Part shown: positions 11,963-23,949 of the stretch, in pieces
How positions within the stretch are numbered: position 1 is the stretch's first letter
How the letters are laid out: each line of letters opens with the position of its first letter
Assembly: GCA_976551045.1 (NCBI GenBank)
Contig: CDPCPM010000281.1
Location: 13,950,001 to 14,014,000, forward strand
Direction of reading: 5' to 3'
From: Glaucostegus cemiculus
Taxonomy: Eukaryota
Length of the DNA stretch: 64,000 nt
The notes under the pieces: model-generated
Databases searched by the model: none
Told to the model about the DNA's origin: nothing
The model's input: the letters and a program-made list of their open reading frames with translations, nothing else
Translations under genes and position numbers: made by a program

Positions 11963-12325
11963 AGGTGCAGAGTGGTGCAGCTAGAAGAGCCACTGCCTCA
12001 CAGTATCAGAGACCCAGGTTCAATCCTGACCTCTGGTCCTACCCGTGTGGAGTTTGCACGTTCTCCCTGTGACTTCGTGGGTTTCCTCCGGGTGCTCCAG
12101 TCAGTTCCCATGTCCCAAATATGTGCAGGTTGGTAGGTTAATTCATGACTGTAAATTGTCCCTGCTGGATAAGTGAATGGAGAATCTGGGAGCAGCCGAT
12201 GGACTGTGGGGAGAACAAAATATGGGATTAATGTAGGATTAGAATAAACTGGTGTCTGATGGTCAACGCAGACTAGGTGCTCCTGTTTCTGTGCTGTATC
12301 TCTCTGTGACAATCACTCTATGGCT
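11963..12325 (+). mobile_element. HE1-like V-SINE, near full length
   Basis: A/B-box head (gtggtgcagctagaag...ggttcaatcc), core gtggagtttgcacgttctccctgtgac...gtgggtttcctccgggtgctcc, and CR1-like tail ctgtgctgtatctctct. Confidence 0.85.
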
Positions 12326-12644
12326 CCTCTCTCAGTGTCCTCTCCAATATTATTCACGCAGCTGACACCACCAAACAGAACTGGTGAATCATCATTTCCA
12401 TTGTTTGGAAATCCTTGGAGTGTGCAATGTGGCAATTTCATTCACAGACACAGTAAAGTCACTGCACGCCACACCACACCATTACGTACAGAATGCTATA
12501 AGATATTGTGAAAGAGTCACTGAAGCAGCCTGTCAGTGGCTCTTCCTCCGATCACTACTCACAGTTTTCAAATTCGACCTAATTGAAACTGATCTCTGGG
12601 AGGAACTGTGCCTGCTTGAAGAAAAATCAGTAAATGTAAAAATA

Positions 12645-13455
12645 TAGAAGAATAGGAGCAGGAGTGGGTCATTTAGCCCTTTGAGCCTGCTCCACCACTC
12701 AATACAATTGTGACTGATCCTCTCTTTCATGACCACATTCACACTCTTTCCTCATACCTCTTTATGCCTTTGTGTCTGGGCATCTATCTATCCCTTCATT
12801 AGATTCAGCAACTTGGCTCCCACAGCATTCTGTGATGGCAAATTCTATAGCTGCTTCACCTCCATCCTAAATGTTTTACCTGGCATCCCAAGACTGTGAC
12901 CTCTGGTTCAATACCACCTGCCCCCACTCCCCACCCACCCCCCCACAACCAGCCCACCTCCTATTCAACCAAGGACCATTATCTTCCCCCTCACCTAGTG
13001 TGTCCAGCTCTGTCAGAGTTTTGTTTACTTCAGTGAGATCCCCTCGTAAATTCTAATGCAGGCCTAGTCAACCCAGTCTCTCCTCATGTGACAGTCCTGC
13101 CAAACCAAGAATCAGTCTAATGACCTCTCCTTGCTCCCTCTATGGCAAGTACATCCTTTCTTAGATAAAGAGACCAAAACTGCACTCAACACTAGGTGTT
13201 GTCTTACCAACGCCCTGTACAATTGTAGCAGGACATTCTTGCTGCTGGTCCAAAAGTCCCTCTCAATAAAGGCCAACATTGACTGCTTGCTCTACCTGCA
13301 TGTTTGCTATCAGTGTCTGGTGTGCTCCCTTTGTACATCAATGTTTCTTAATCTATCACTATTTAAATAATACTCTGCTTTTCTATTTTACCTAAATTGA
13401 TAACGTCACATTTATATACTTTGCACCTGCCATGTATTTGTCCACTTACTCGTCT
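12645..13455 (-). mobile_element. CR1 LINE 3' portion, old
   Basis: aataggagcaggagtgggtcatttagccc...agcctgctcc tail plus degenerate RT C-terminus. Confidence 0.75.
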
Positions 13456-14187
13456 AAATCACGTTGAAGTTGAAGGAAAATGGAAAGCTTCTGTGAGATA
13501 CGCAGAGCGTAATGCAGCAGAATACTTGGAAGGGTATAGAAAATATGGAGATAAAATTATAATGGAAATTTGGTAAGCAAAAATTGCGAGCAAGCAAAAT
13601 TAAACAAAACTCAAAAGTGCCTTTTAAGCACATTAAGAGCAAATAGATAACTAAGGAAAGATTTGGGCTTATTAAGAACCAAAGGAATAACTTGTATGTG
13701 GAAGTGGAGGATGAGGGTAAAGTTCTGAATGAAGACTTTGCAGCTGACTTCACAAAAGGGAGGGATGATCTGTTGTTGTAATTAAAGAGAAGTGTGAAAT
13801 GTTGCAATGAATAAAGGTGGGAAACAAGGGATTGTTAAGGGGTTTAATGTCTTTGAAAGCAGCTAAATCACCAGGCCCGCATTAAATACATCTTAGGACG
13901 TTAAAGGCAGCAAGGGAAGAAATTGCACAGGCACTGACTGCGATGCTTTAATCCTCTCTGGCTATGAGTGGTGCCAGAGGGCTGCAGTACTGCTAAAGTT
14001 GTAGTTCTTTAAAAAGTGAGAACGTGGTTGGAGGGAATCATTACAGGGAGGTTAATCTAGCTTCAGTGCCGGGCAAATTAGTGGAATCAATTCTGAGGGA
14101 CAGCATGACCCTTCATTAAGAAAGGCCTCTGTTAATCAACAGCTGTCATTGTGGGTTTGCTCAGTACTTTGGTTTTTGGAACATTCG

Positions 14188-14446
14188 CAGCAAATCTCTA
14201 ACTCACTATCCGATTGTTTGAAAATTCCGATGGTTGGCACCTGGCACACCGGGTGCTGATTCCTGCACTACCTTTAGCACATTGATGTCTCACTTCACAC
14301 TCTCCCTTTAAACTTAACTGGTTTAGCTGGAAAATTAATAATACTTGTGTATGGCATCTGAAAAAATGAATTCAAAGTGTGTTGAAAAATCTGCCAGTCC
14401 GGATCCACCATAGTCCCCAGTGTGCGGGGTGAAAGGACTTTTACTG
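14188..14446. mobile_element. Possible Tigger/pogo-type MITE
   Basis: Non-CR1 insert inside the CR1 that starts cagcaaa and ends ttttactg (CAGTAAAA-type termini); the left terminus is degraded. Confidence 0.4.
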
Positions 14447-14703
14447 TGTTAATGATTTAGAGTAATCTAATGGATATAATTATGCAGATGTCGCAAAAAA
14501 TGGCCGTGTTGTTGATGGTGAAGAAAGGTTTAGACTGAAGGAAAATATAGATGGTCTGGTCAGCTGAGTGGAAATGTAGTGAGTGGAATTTAATCTGGCA
14601 AAGTGTGAGGAGTGCTTTAGGGGAGGCAGAGGAATATACAGTAAATGGGAACAAATCAAGTGATGTGGAGGGACAGAGGGACCTTGGAGAGAGAAAGAGA
14701 GAG

Positions 14704-14706
<3 letters not shown>

Positions 14707-14776
<70 letters not shown>
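14707..14776. repeat. (GT)35 microsatellite preceded by an imperfect (GA)n run
   Basis: Direct reading of the sequence. Confidence 0.97.
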
Positions 14777-14777
<1 letters not shown>

Positions 14778-14811
14778 TACCGATCCTTAAAACTAACAAG
14801 ATGAGTCAATA

Positions 14812-15070
14812 TGCGCCAGAGATCAGGGTGCAATTCCGGCCACTGTCTGTAAGGAGTTGGTACTTTCTCCCCATGTCTGCGTGGGTTTCCTCTGGGTGTT
14901 CCGGTTTCCTCCCACATTCTAAAAGACGTATGGGTTAGGAGGTTGTAGGCATGCTATGTTGGCACCAGAAGCATGGTGACACTTGCGGCCTGTCCCCAGA
15001 ACATACTACACAAAAGATGTTTTTCACTGTATTTTGATGTACATACGATTAATAAAGAAATCTTATCTTA
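14812..15070 (+). mobile_element. V-SINE of a second family with an (atctt)n tail
   Basis: Core ttctccccatgtctgcgtgggtttcctctgggtgttccggtttcctcccacattc; tail ...aataaagaaatcttatctta. Confidence 0.8.
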
Positions 15071-16084
15071 TGATGGTTAAAAGGACATATGGCACATTTT
15101 CCTTTTTAGGCTAGGTACAAAATATGAGAACAGGGAGGTTATGGTGGAACTGTACACTATAGCTAGGCCACAGCTTGAGAACCGAGTACAGTTCTGCATA
15201 GAGTCCCGGTCACCATATTATAGGAAAGATGTGCTTACACCGGAGAGAGTGCACAGGAGATTTATCAAGACGTTGCCTGGAATAGAAAATTGTAGCTGTG
15301 AGGAAAGATTGGATAAACTGGGGTTGTTTTCTTTGGAACAAAGGAGGCAGAGAGAAGATTTAATTGAGATGAATGAAATTATGAGGGGTTCTAGACAGAG
15401 TAAATAGGAAGGGGCTATTTTCCCTTAGTAGAGGGGTCAAAAGCTGGGGTGGGGGAAGAGATTTAAAGCAGTTGGTAGAAAGATTAGAGAGGAGGTGAAG
15501 ATTTTCAATCAACCCATTAACTGAAAGGGTGGTACAGGTAAAGCCCTCGGCACATTTAAACAGTACTTGGATGTGTAGTTGAAGAGTTGGGACTATAGGG
15601 CTGGAAGATGGGAATAGGCTGTGGAGCTCTTTTTTGACCAGCACGGAGAGATGGATCGAATGGTCTTCTTCTGCTCCATTAATGTTATGACTCAATTTTG
15701 TGAGATGTTGTCCGTTCTCACCCTTTGTTGAACCCAGAGTAAGTGTGAATGAATGGACTGTCTCTGTAACTTGATTCATTTGATTTGAAACTGATCGATA
15801 TGTTACTTGGCATCATCACAGTAGTCATTTGATATCATGGGATCTGTGTTACTCAAAGATTTGCAACTTAATTAATGGTTAATAGGAAATTTAGAAGTGT
15901 AACTACTAATTCAGTCAAAAACAAAACCACCCAGTCTCACACATTGAAGAAGAGGTTATATTAAGGGGTCCAGCAACTAACAAAGGCCCAGGCTCAAGAG
16001 AGCAAGAAGTAACAGGAGGCCTCTGATCAACAGTTTCTAATCCTTGGCAACAGACAAGGAGCTGTAGGAATGGAAGGTTGCAGA

Positions 16085-16460
16085 TATAGTCATGGAGTCG
16101 TACTGCACAGAAACAGGCCATCATGTCCATGTCGACTATTTACCAGCACCTGGCCCATAGCCCTCCCTGCCTTGGTAATTCAAGTACTCATCTAGGTACT
16201 ACGTAAATGTTGTGAGAGAACCCATGTCCACCACTCAGTCAAGCAGTGTGTTCCAGAATCCAGCCACTCCCGGGTGGAAAGATTTTCCTCAGATCCCTTC
16301 TAAATCTCTTACCCTAAACGTATGCCCACCAGCTTTAGCTATCCAACCAATTACCCTCTCTATGCCCATCATAATTTTGTTTTCCTCCATCAGGACCCTG
16401 ATACTTCCTCTGCTCTAAAGAAAACAAATCCAGCTTACCAAGTGTCTCCTCAACTGAAGC
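16085..16460 (-). mobile_element. CR1 LINE 3' end, old
   Basis: agtcatggagtcgtactgcacagaaacaggcc tail; ORF 16335..16517 has LGKLDLFSLEQR. Confidence 0.7.
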
Positions 16461-16519
16461 AACATTCTGGTAATACCACTGTCTGTAAAAGGAGCAAGGA
16501 CTAGACTGTGTCACCACTG

Positions 16520-17040
16520 ACCAGTCAGCGTGACATTGGTAGTGGTGAAATCACTGTAAACAAATTGATGGACAGCTTAAATCATTACTTAGAAAGGCAG
16601 CGTAGATTTGTCAAGGGAAGATCATTCCTGTCTAATGAGTGAATGTTTTAAGGAGCTAATGAGGAGTGTCAATAAGAGTTGGACATTTTTGCGCAGTCTA
16701 GTTTAATTTTAGTAAAGTGTTTGACAAGGTGTTTAATTGATGACAAGGGAGGAAGTTGCAGGCTGAAGGATGCTAACAGTGGAAGGTGATGTGAGCTCAA
16801 AAATAGCAAATGGAACAATCCATGCAAACACAGTAAGGATAAGTAGCAGAATACTTAGAAATGCTGTAGAACAGAGGGATCTGGGAATGTATGTTCACAA
16901 ATCTCAGGAGGTAGTGGATAAATAGATGAGGTGGTTAAGAATGCATATGGAATAATTGCACTCATTGACCAAGGCACAAGAACTATAGAAAACGCAGGCC
17001 ATAACTGAAGTACAGGGCCCAGTTTGGGTCATGGCACTAC
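16520..17040 (+). mobile_element. Highly decayed CR1 RT fragment
   Basis: aggcagcgtagatttgtcaagggaagatc (QHGF.KG.S-like), tttagtaaagtgtttgacaaggt (FSK.FDKV), gaacagagggatctggga (EQRDLG). Confidence 0.65.
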
Positions 17041-17612
17041 TGAAAGTAATAGATCCATAAAGATATCTGAGGATGGTAAATGTTTATGATGTGATTCAAT
17101 AAACAAACCTTGCCCTATCTACTGAAATTAGAGTTGTAGAAAGAGATTAACTTTTTTTTAAAAATTTTACTTCAACACTGTCATGTAAGGGGATGCTTCT
17201 TATCCATTAACCCTGAGAGATTTCCCAATTCCTTCAATGTACACCTACAATATTGGTGTAGATTTTCAACTTGCAACTTTGGTGTTAAATTCATGTGGCC
17301 AATCTGCTGCCTCTATAGAGACCACCTGCTTGGAAGTACCTGCCTTTAACTTCCATTTATATTGATAAGTGGTTTCTACTTGCACAGCAGGCTAAAGGTC
17401 CATGCAGTCAAGGTTTGGAGGCAGGGTTTCAGCTATTTCTCTTGGGATGGGACGCAAACAGGAATTGTTTTGAGAGAGAAGAAAAGAACTAATTCTGGTG
17501 AAATATGTAATTGTTTCATTAAATATAGCTTTTCTTTAAAGAGCTGAATGAATTGATTGTTTAATAGTACTGTGCAGTTGATAGTTTAATAGTACTGTAT
17601 GATATTATAATC

Positions 17613-18155
17613 ATAGTACTGTGTCCAGTTCTGGTCGCCTCATTATAGGAAGGATGTGGAGGCATTGGAGAGGGTGCAGAGGAGATTGACCAGGATGCTG
17701 CCTGGATTAGAGAGTATGGATTATGAGGAGAGACTAAAGGAGCTAGGGCTTTACTCATTGGAGAGGAGGAGGATGAGGGGAGATATGATAGAGGTATACA
17801 AAATATTAAGAGGAGTGGATAGAGTGGATAGCCAGCGCCTCTTTCCCAGGGCACCAATGCTCAATACAAGAGGGCACGGCTTTAAGGTAGTGGGTGGGAA
17901 GTTCAAGGGAGATGTCAGAGGGAGGTTTTTCACCCAGAGAGTGGTTGGTGCATGGAATGCGCTGCCTGGGATGGTGGTGGAGGCTGATATGTTAGTCAAG
18001 TTCAAAAGATTGTTAGATAAGCATATGGAGGAATTTAAAATAGAGAGATATGTGGGAGGAAGGGGTTAGATAGTCTTAGGTGTGGTTTGAAGGTCGGCAC
18101 AACATGGTGGGCCGAAGGGCCTGTATTGTGCTGTACTGTTCTATGTTCTATGTTC
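17613..18155 (+). mobile_element. Young 5'-truncated CR1 LINE
   Basis: Uninterrupted ORF 17656..18069 (LERVQRRLTRMLPGL...GLYSLERRRMRGD...FFTQRVVGAWNALP) and (gttctat)n tail. Confidence 0.92.
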
Positions 18156-18604
18156 ATAATGTCCTTTGATGCACTTTTTGCTTTAAACAAGTGTCTCTCA
18201 ATAATCAGCATTCGTGAGGACTATGTACTTCACACTTTAGTGAGGTTCACATTATGTTTGAACCACTTGTCCAAATCTTGTTTGAACCCCTTGAGTTTCA
18301 AGTCAGGGATCTCATCAGTCAAGTAGATTGTCACACCTTGCCTGCTCTCATTGAATGATTTAACCCAGTGTGTGCTCTGTGTTGACTGGATAAATTATTG
18401 ATAATGATGAAGTATCTATCTACTGGGAAAAGATGCATAAAGGACAAATAGAGGTTGTACATCAGGCATCAATGGTTTGCCCTGAACATCTTTGATCATT
18501 GCTCAACTCACAATTGCATTGCAAATAAAGGAGCAAGGATTTTTTTAATTGTTGCTTTCCAGCTTGAATGATGTTCATGCCAGTTTCATTATTATGAAAT
18601 CCCT

Positions 18605-18870
18605 AGTCAGGTAAAGCTCTCTCCAATCTCTCATCAACAACTTGCTTCAGTCATACTTTCAGAACACCTCCTGATGTTTACAGTGACATTTCCTTCAGCT
18701 CTGCACCACTTCTGGTATCGGGCCACACTTTCACTTGTGCCAAATTGAAGAAAGTTTAATGCTGTAGGTCTAATCCTGTCAGGAACAGCAGTGAAAATGA
18801 CTTGAGCTCATTTTGCATTGGACACTGAAAGCCAACAAGTCTGTCACGGCTTGAATCTCCACTGGGATTT
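18605..18870 (-). mobile_element. LF-SINE-like ancient SINE
   Basis: Reverse complement has gtccaatgcaaaatgagct...gttcctg, caatttggcac and gactgaagcaagttgttg...ggagagagctttac, in the order of recalled LF-SINE motifs. Confidence 0.4.
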
Positions 18871-19514
18871 TCACTGTGCAACAGATTTTCTTTCATAGAT
18901 CTTGTAGTGGAGAAGTCCTGCAGAACTAAAGCACTCTATTTCTGAAGTCAGATATGCAATGGGACACCCCAAGGGGCAGCATGGAGGATAAATTGAAGCT
19001 GTGATCTGTCACCAACAGCACTAGCCACTAACTTTGGGAGAGAAGGGAAAAAAAAGCAAATTTAATTAATTTACTTGACAGAAACTTAGTGGTGTCAAAG
19101 GTTAGGTGCTGGTTTCTTGCATTTGTGTCCTGAGACTGGATTAGAGTGAATGAAAGCCATTTAAAACCAAGATCTAATCCGACCATCTGATTTTGTCCAG
19201 CACTTCAAAACTAAATGTCACCAGAAATGCAAGCATAGAAATTCACCCATTCAACATTTACCAGCAGGAATAAAAGACCAAGGAAAAGTACATACAAGTT
19301 ATATTCATTTCATGTGATTAATAAGCAGCTTCCTGAAAATAAATGACATGTGTTCCCATCCACGTACCGAGTTTTCAACCTTTCTCTCAGGGTTGAAAAG
19401 CTTCTGCCAGACTCCTTCCAATATTCCCTGTAACAGCAGGCTGGGGGAGAGCTTGTGTCTGGTCTGTAGTCAAGCACCCACCACTGACTGCCCTCACTTG
19501 TTTGCCCTCTTCAA

Positions 19515-20042
19515 ATAGGACAAAGCAGAACTGGAACTTCATAAAACATTGGTCAGGCCATATTTGGAATATTGTGTGCAGTTCTGGTTGCTACAGGATA
19601 TGGTTGCCCTGGAGAGAGTGCAGAGGAGATTCACTAGGATGTTGCCTGAATTGGAGCAGTTTAGTTATGGGGATGGATTGGATATGCTTTCCCTGGAGCA
19701 AAGGAGACTGAAAGGTGACCTGATAGAAGTATATAAGATTATGAGAGGCATAAATATTGTGGTAGGAGTATCAAAAACAAAGGGGCATAGGTTTAAGTTG
19801 AGAGATAGGAGACTGAAAGGGGAACCTGAGGGGTGGTTGAGTTTGTTTTTAACGCAGGGAGTGATTGATAGCTGGAACTTATTGCCAATGGAGGTGGTGG
19901 AATCATGTACAATTAGTATGTTTAAGAGGCATTTAGGCAAAACATCTAATTAGGTGAAGCAGAGAAGGATACAGGAATGGGATTACTGTAGACGGGCAGT
20001 AAGGTCGATATGGACACTTCAGTGCTGTATGACTCTATGGAA
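19515..20042 (+). mobile_element. CR1 LINE 3' end
   Basis: ORF 19549..19953 VRPYLEYCVQFW...LERVQRRFTRMLP; tail gtgctgtatgactctatg. Confidence 0.9.
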
Positions 20043-20709
20043 GTCAGCTCCCTAACAAAAAAATCTCTTCCATCATTTCCTTGTTTTATAAAGACATTGC
20101 CTCCTTCTCTGACAAAATCCTGAATGGTTGCTGCTCTGGGTGTTTCACACAGTGTGGCCATACTGTGTTTGAGTTTGGCATTGAGTGCCTTGAGGCTATT
20201 TAACAATCGGTCCAACTGAATCTACTCATGGGCACTTTCCATCAATAGTTGCTTGGATACTGAACAAGACAGACGTCTATGGGAGTTTAGTTCTAGTCTT
20301 CTCTCGACTCTTGCCACTCCACCAAAAAGATTGAAGGTTGCTAATGAGCCATGGCACCCTGTTGACTGGGAACTGCTCCCATCCCAAGACCCAATGGGAC
20401 ACCAGACCTGGATCTCTGAGCTGCTTTACAATGTTTTCAATACACATTTATAATGCAGCGAGTTATTCCAGTATGCCAATGAATATTTGGCATTCAGGTT
20501 GCATTATGCATGAACTTGCAAATGACCTTCATTAACAAAGCATGAACTTGAAATGATAGGAGGAACTCTGAATTTAAATAAGCTTTTGCAGTTGAACTCG
20601 GAGGCCAGGAATCCTTGTTGCTTCTGCTGTCCAAGACAGTTCTGCATTCCCCAATCAATATGTCCCCTTAGTCTCTGAAACTTCCATAAGTACAATTGTA
20701 TGACGAGAG

Positions 20710-20995
20710 ACATACAACACCGAAACGCACGTATGAGCTATAAAGAGAGGTTGGACAAACTTGGGTTATTTTCTTTTGAGCATCGGAGGCTGTGGGCGCC
20801 TGGAATGGCTGCCAGGGGTAGCAGTGGAAGCAGATACAATAGTGGTGTTTTAAGAGGCTGTTGGATAGGCACATGAATATGGAGGGATACGGATCATGTA
20901 CAGCAAAAAGATATTTAGTTTAATTTGGCATCATGTTCGACACAGACATCGTGGGCTAAAGGGCCTGTTCCGGTGCTGTGCTGTTTTATGTTCTA
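20710..20995 (+). mobile_element. CR1 LINE 3' end with internal deletion
   Basis: gagaggttggacaaacttggg...tggaatggctgccaggg...aagggcctgttccggtgctgtgctgttttatgttct. Confidence 0.8.
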
Positions 20996-21004
20996 AAAAC
21001 AAGC

Positions 21005-21245
21005 ACTTTAATCCGTCAAGCCTTCATCGACCATAAAGCACCCATCTTAACACTAATCCTACCCTAACCCATTTTTCCCAAAACTTCCCCCACCCCCACC
21101 TCAGATTCTATCACTTACCTGCATGCAATTTACAGCAACCAGTTGATCTACCAACCCATACATCTTTGGGATGTGGAAGGAAATGGGAGCACCTGAAGGA
21201 AAGTCAGACAGTCACAGGGAATATGGGCAAACGCTACACAGCACA
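21005..21245 (-). mobile_element. V-SINE fragment
   Basis: catctttgggatgtggaaggaaatgggagcacc...gtcacaggga is the antisense V-SINE core. Confidence 0.65.
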
Positions 21246-21696
21246 TCTGGGTGAACTTCTAAAATGCTGGCATGGTTGATAAGTATTGACTTCAATATTT
21301 TATGTTTTTGGTAAATATCCAGGCCAGAGTTAGAATCTGCCACTGCTCTCAACTGTTCCACTTTTCTGACAAAATTTCAGCCTGTGTTATAAGCTGTCAA
21401 ATGAAGAAAATAAACAGGTGGAAATTACTGTCCATGAAAATGTTTCATGAGCCTTTCAAGCCTCATATAAAACTTCTCAGTGCATTTCTTAACAAAGGTG
21501 TTAATCCAAGCACAAGTTAGACACGCAACACCTTAAAATAAGAGAGGAATAACATTGCCAACTGTAAATTTCGAGGTTGTGGGTTAGATTTTAATCTAAG
21601 GTTGAGAGATACTACAGTTAAAAATTCAGCTAGCTAGCCCTGAGGAAATAGATTTGGCCTGTCATCTCCTTGCCCAAGATTTAAACACAGCCCATA

Positions 21697-22200
21697 GTGA
21701 GTCATAGAGCACTACAGCACAGAAACAGGCCCTTTGGCCCATATAGTCCATGCTGACTAGATCTTCTGCCTAGTCCCATCTACCCACACCCAGGCCACAT
21801 CCCTCCAAACGCCTCCCATCCATGTATCTATCCAAACCTCTCAAATGTTACGTTTACCACATAAATCCACTTTTCCCACTTAACTCTCTTAAATGCTACA
21901 TTTACAGAATCCACCACTTCTGCTGGCAGCTCATTCCACACTCGCACCACCCTCCGAGTGAAGAAGTTTCCCCTCAGATTCCCTTTATACATTTCAACTT
22001 TCATCCTAAACCTATGTCCTCTAGTTCTAGACTCACTCAACCTGTGGGGTAAAAGCCCGCACACATTCACCCTATCTATACCCCTCATAATTTTGTATAC
22101 CTCTATAAGATCTCCCCTCATTCTCCTGCGCTCCAGGGAATAAAGTCCTAACCTATTCAACCTTTTCCTATAACGCAGGTCCTGAAGTCCCGGCAACATA
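21697..22200 (-). mobile_element. CR1 LINE 3' end with a small internal duplication
   Basis: ORF 21828..22199 MLPGL...RLGLYSLERRRMRGDLIEVYKIM...NFFTRRVVRVWNELP; VNVAFKR / VNVTFER duplicated. Confidence 0.9.
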
Positions 22201-22292
22201 TGCTAGAATAAAATTCTACATAACAACACCCTGTCCCTCAAGCTTTTCCACGTTGATCCCATGCTTTTCCTACAACTGTACCTCTTCAACAT

Positions 22293-22309
22293 CCCCCCCC
22301 CCCCCCCCC
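22293..22309. repeat. C17 homopolymer
   Basis: Direct reading of the sequence. Confidence 0.9.
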
Positions 22310-23699
22310 GATCCCTCACACTGCCTCCATTCCCTTTCCTACATATTAGGCCTCAGTTCCATAGAGATTATGTGATCCCCAAACCATCATCCGTCTCAGC
22401 TCCACAAATTAAGCTCATCGTGCGTTGACTCAGATTGCACTGATGCTTCTTACAATTTAACAGCTTTGATAAATGATTCTACTAATGCAACTTGACAATG
22501 CTGAATGGAACAGAGATCAGTTCAGCAATAGATAAAGTTGGGGTGGGGGGAGGGGAGTTTTGGGTTAGAGGCAAAGTCAGGCTTAAAGATAACACGCAGA
22601 CAGGAAAGCCTCAGTAAACGACAACTGTATAAGCAGCACATGACAGTGCCATGGGAGCAAAGAGATCTGAAGCTAGCTGCATCATGAAAATGTTAACCTG
22701 TCCTTTATTCTTATGAGCTTTGAACAACTTGCTGTCGATTTGAGACGGTTTGCTGGATGAAAGGGTTGCAGGGCAGGGCTGTCAGGGCAGCTCCTATCAT
22801 GACCGGTACTGACAAACTGTTTGAGGACCTGTTACCGAGGACCATGCAGACTGTCAGCTCGGGAAGCAGTGACATTAATCAACATTGTGGCAATGAGTGC
22901 GCTGACATTTTAATAATAATAGTCTTCGGCAGACAAGTGAGAAAAGGAAGAGCAGAAAGCCTGCATGTGAGCAAGTTGACAATCAAGTACCCAATGAGCT
23001 AATGGAGCATTGATTGGAAATGACTTTTCTCTGCCTTTTGCTTGCTCACGATGACAATTTCTCCCTATTTTACCCAGTAAGATTCTTAAAAGATGACAGC
23101 AGAATATTTGTGTGTCACAAATTATTAAGTGTGAATAACAGCAACCATAATATTATCCACTCACAATGGGTAGGAAGGATGAATAAACAGAAGATGAGGA
23201 AGGTGTTGCTCAGCCTTCACCATTTATATGGCAGTGGATTTTTTTGTGTCCTTGTGTCCTGGCTTGACTCTCTAGTTGTACACAACTCCCAAACTTAGTC
23301 CTCTTCCTCAATACATGTGTAGATGGTAGGTAAGTAGATGGAATCTCTGAAGGTCTTATACCTGTGCCCTGCATAGACCTGGTGCATTGGTTAGAGGACT
23401 TGCCCCACGTTAACACTTACCTCATTGTATTATTGAATCCTGGAGGTTGTGGGGAACAACAGTATTCCATCAGGAGTCACTCTAAGAAACAGACACCAAT
23501 CAACATCAATGATGGAGTAATGCAAATCAAATACTCTCAATCTGCAAGCCTATTTGTTTTCACCTCCACATAAACAAGAATTAATTAAATATGGGAATAT
23601 ACTGCCATCTCCTCCAGCTCTGGCTGCATTCATAAAGAATCCTTAATAACCTTAGGATTTCCCAGAATGGTTTCCAAGTGTGGTAGAATATTGGGGAAG

Positions 23700-23930
23700 G
23701 ATAGGACATAGAGCAGTACAGCACAGGAACAGGCCCTTTGGCCCAAGGTGTCTGTGTTGACCAAGATGCCAAAAGACTAATCCCATCTGATGGGATTGCT
23801 TATTTCCCTCCATAGTTGCTGCCTGACCTGCTGAGTTCCTCCAGCACTTTGTGTTGTTGCTTCAGATTTCCAGCATCTGCAGCATCTCTTGTGTCTCCAC
23901 TAATCCCATCTGCCTGCACAGGATCCAGTT
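23700..23930 (-). mobile_element. CR1 tail interrupted by a Penelope-like 3'-terminal fragment (23790-23898, + strand)
   Basis: Exact 14 bp duplication actaatcccatctg at 23776-23789 and 23899-23912 around the insert. Confidence 0.8.
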
Positions 23931-23949
23931 GACAGGAATGTGAGGATAA

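Larger units (their letters stand above)
13460..15690 (+). mobile_element. Degenerate CR1 LINE interrupted by a MITE-like insert, a microsatellite and a V-SINE
   Basis: Colinear pieces: linker (13560-14160), YAD-region (14470-14690), then RPQLENRVQF..SPYYRKDV..ERVHRRF and tail (15070-15690). Confidence 0.75.

Noticed and set aside
11963-12035. tRNA gene
   Set aside because: A/B-box-like head continues directly into a V-SINE core; no cloverleaf.
14551-14938. ORFs with CVCVCV tracts
   Set aside because: Translation of the (GT)35 microsatellite.
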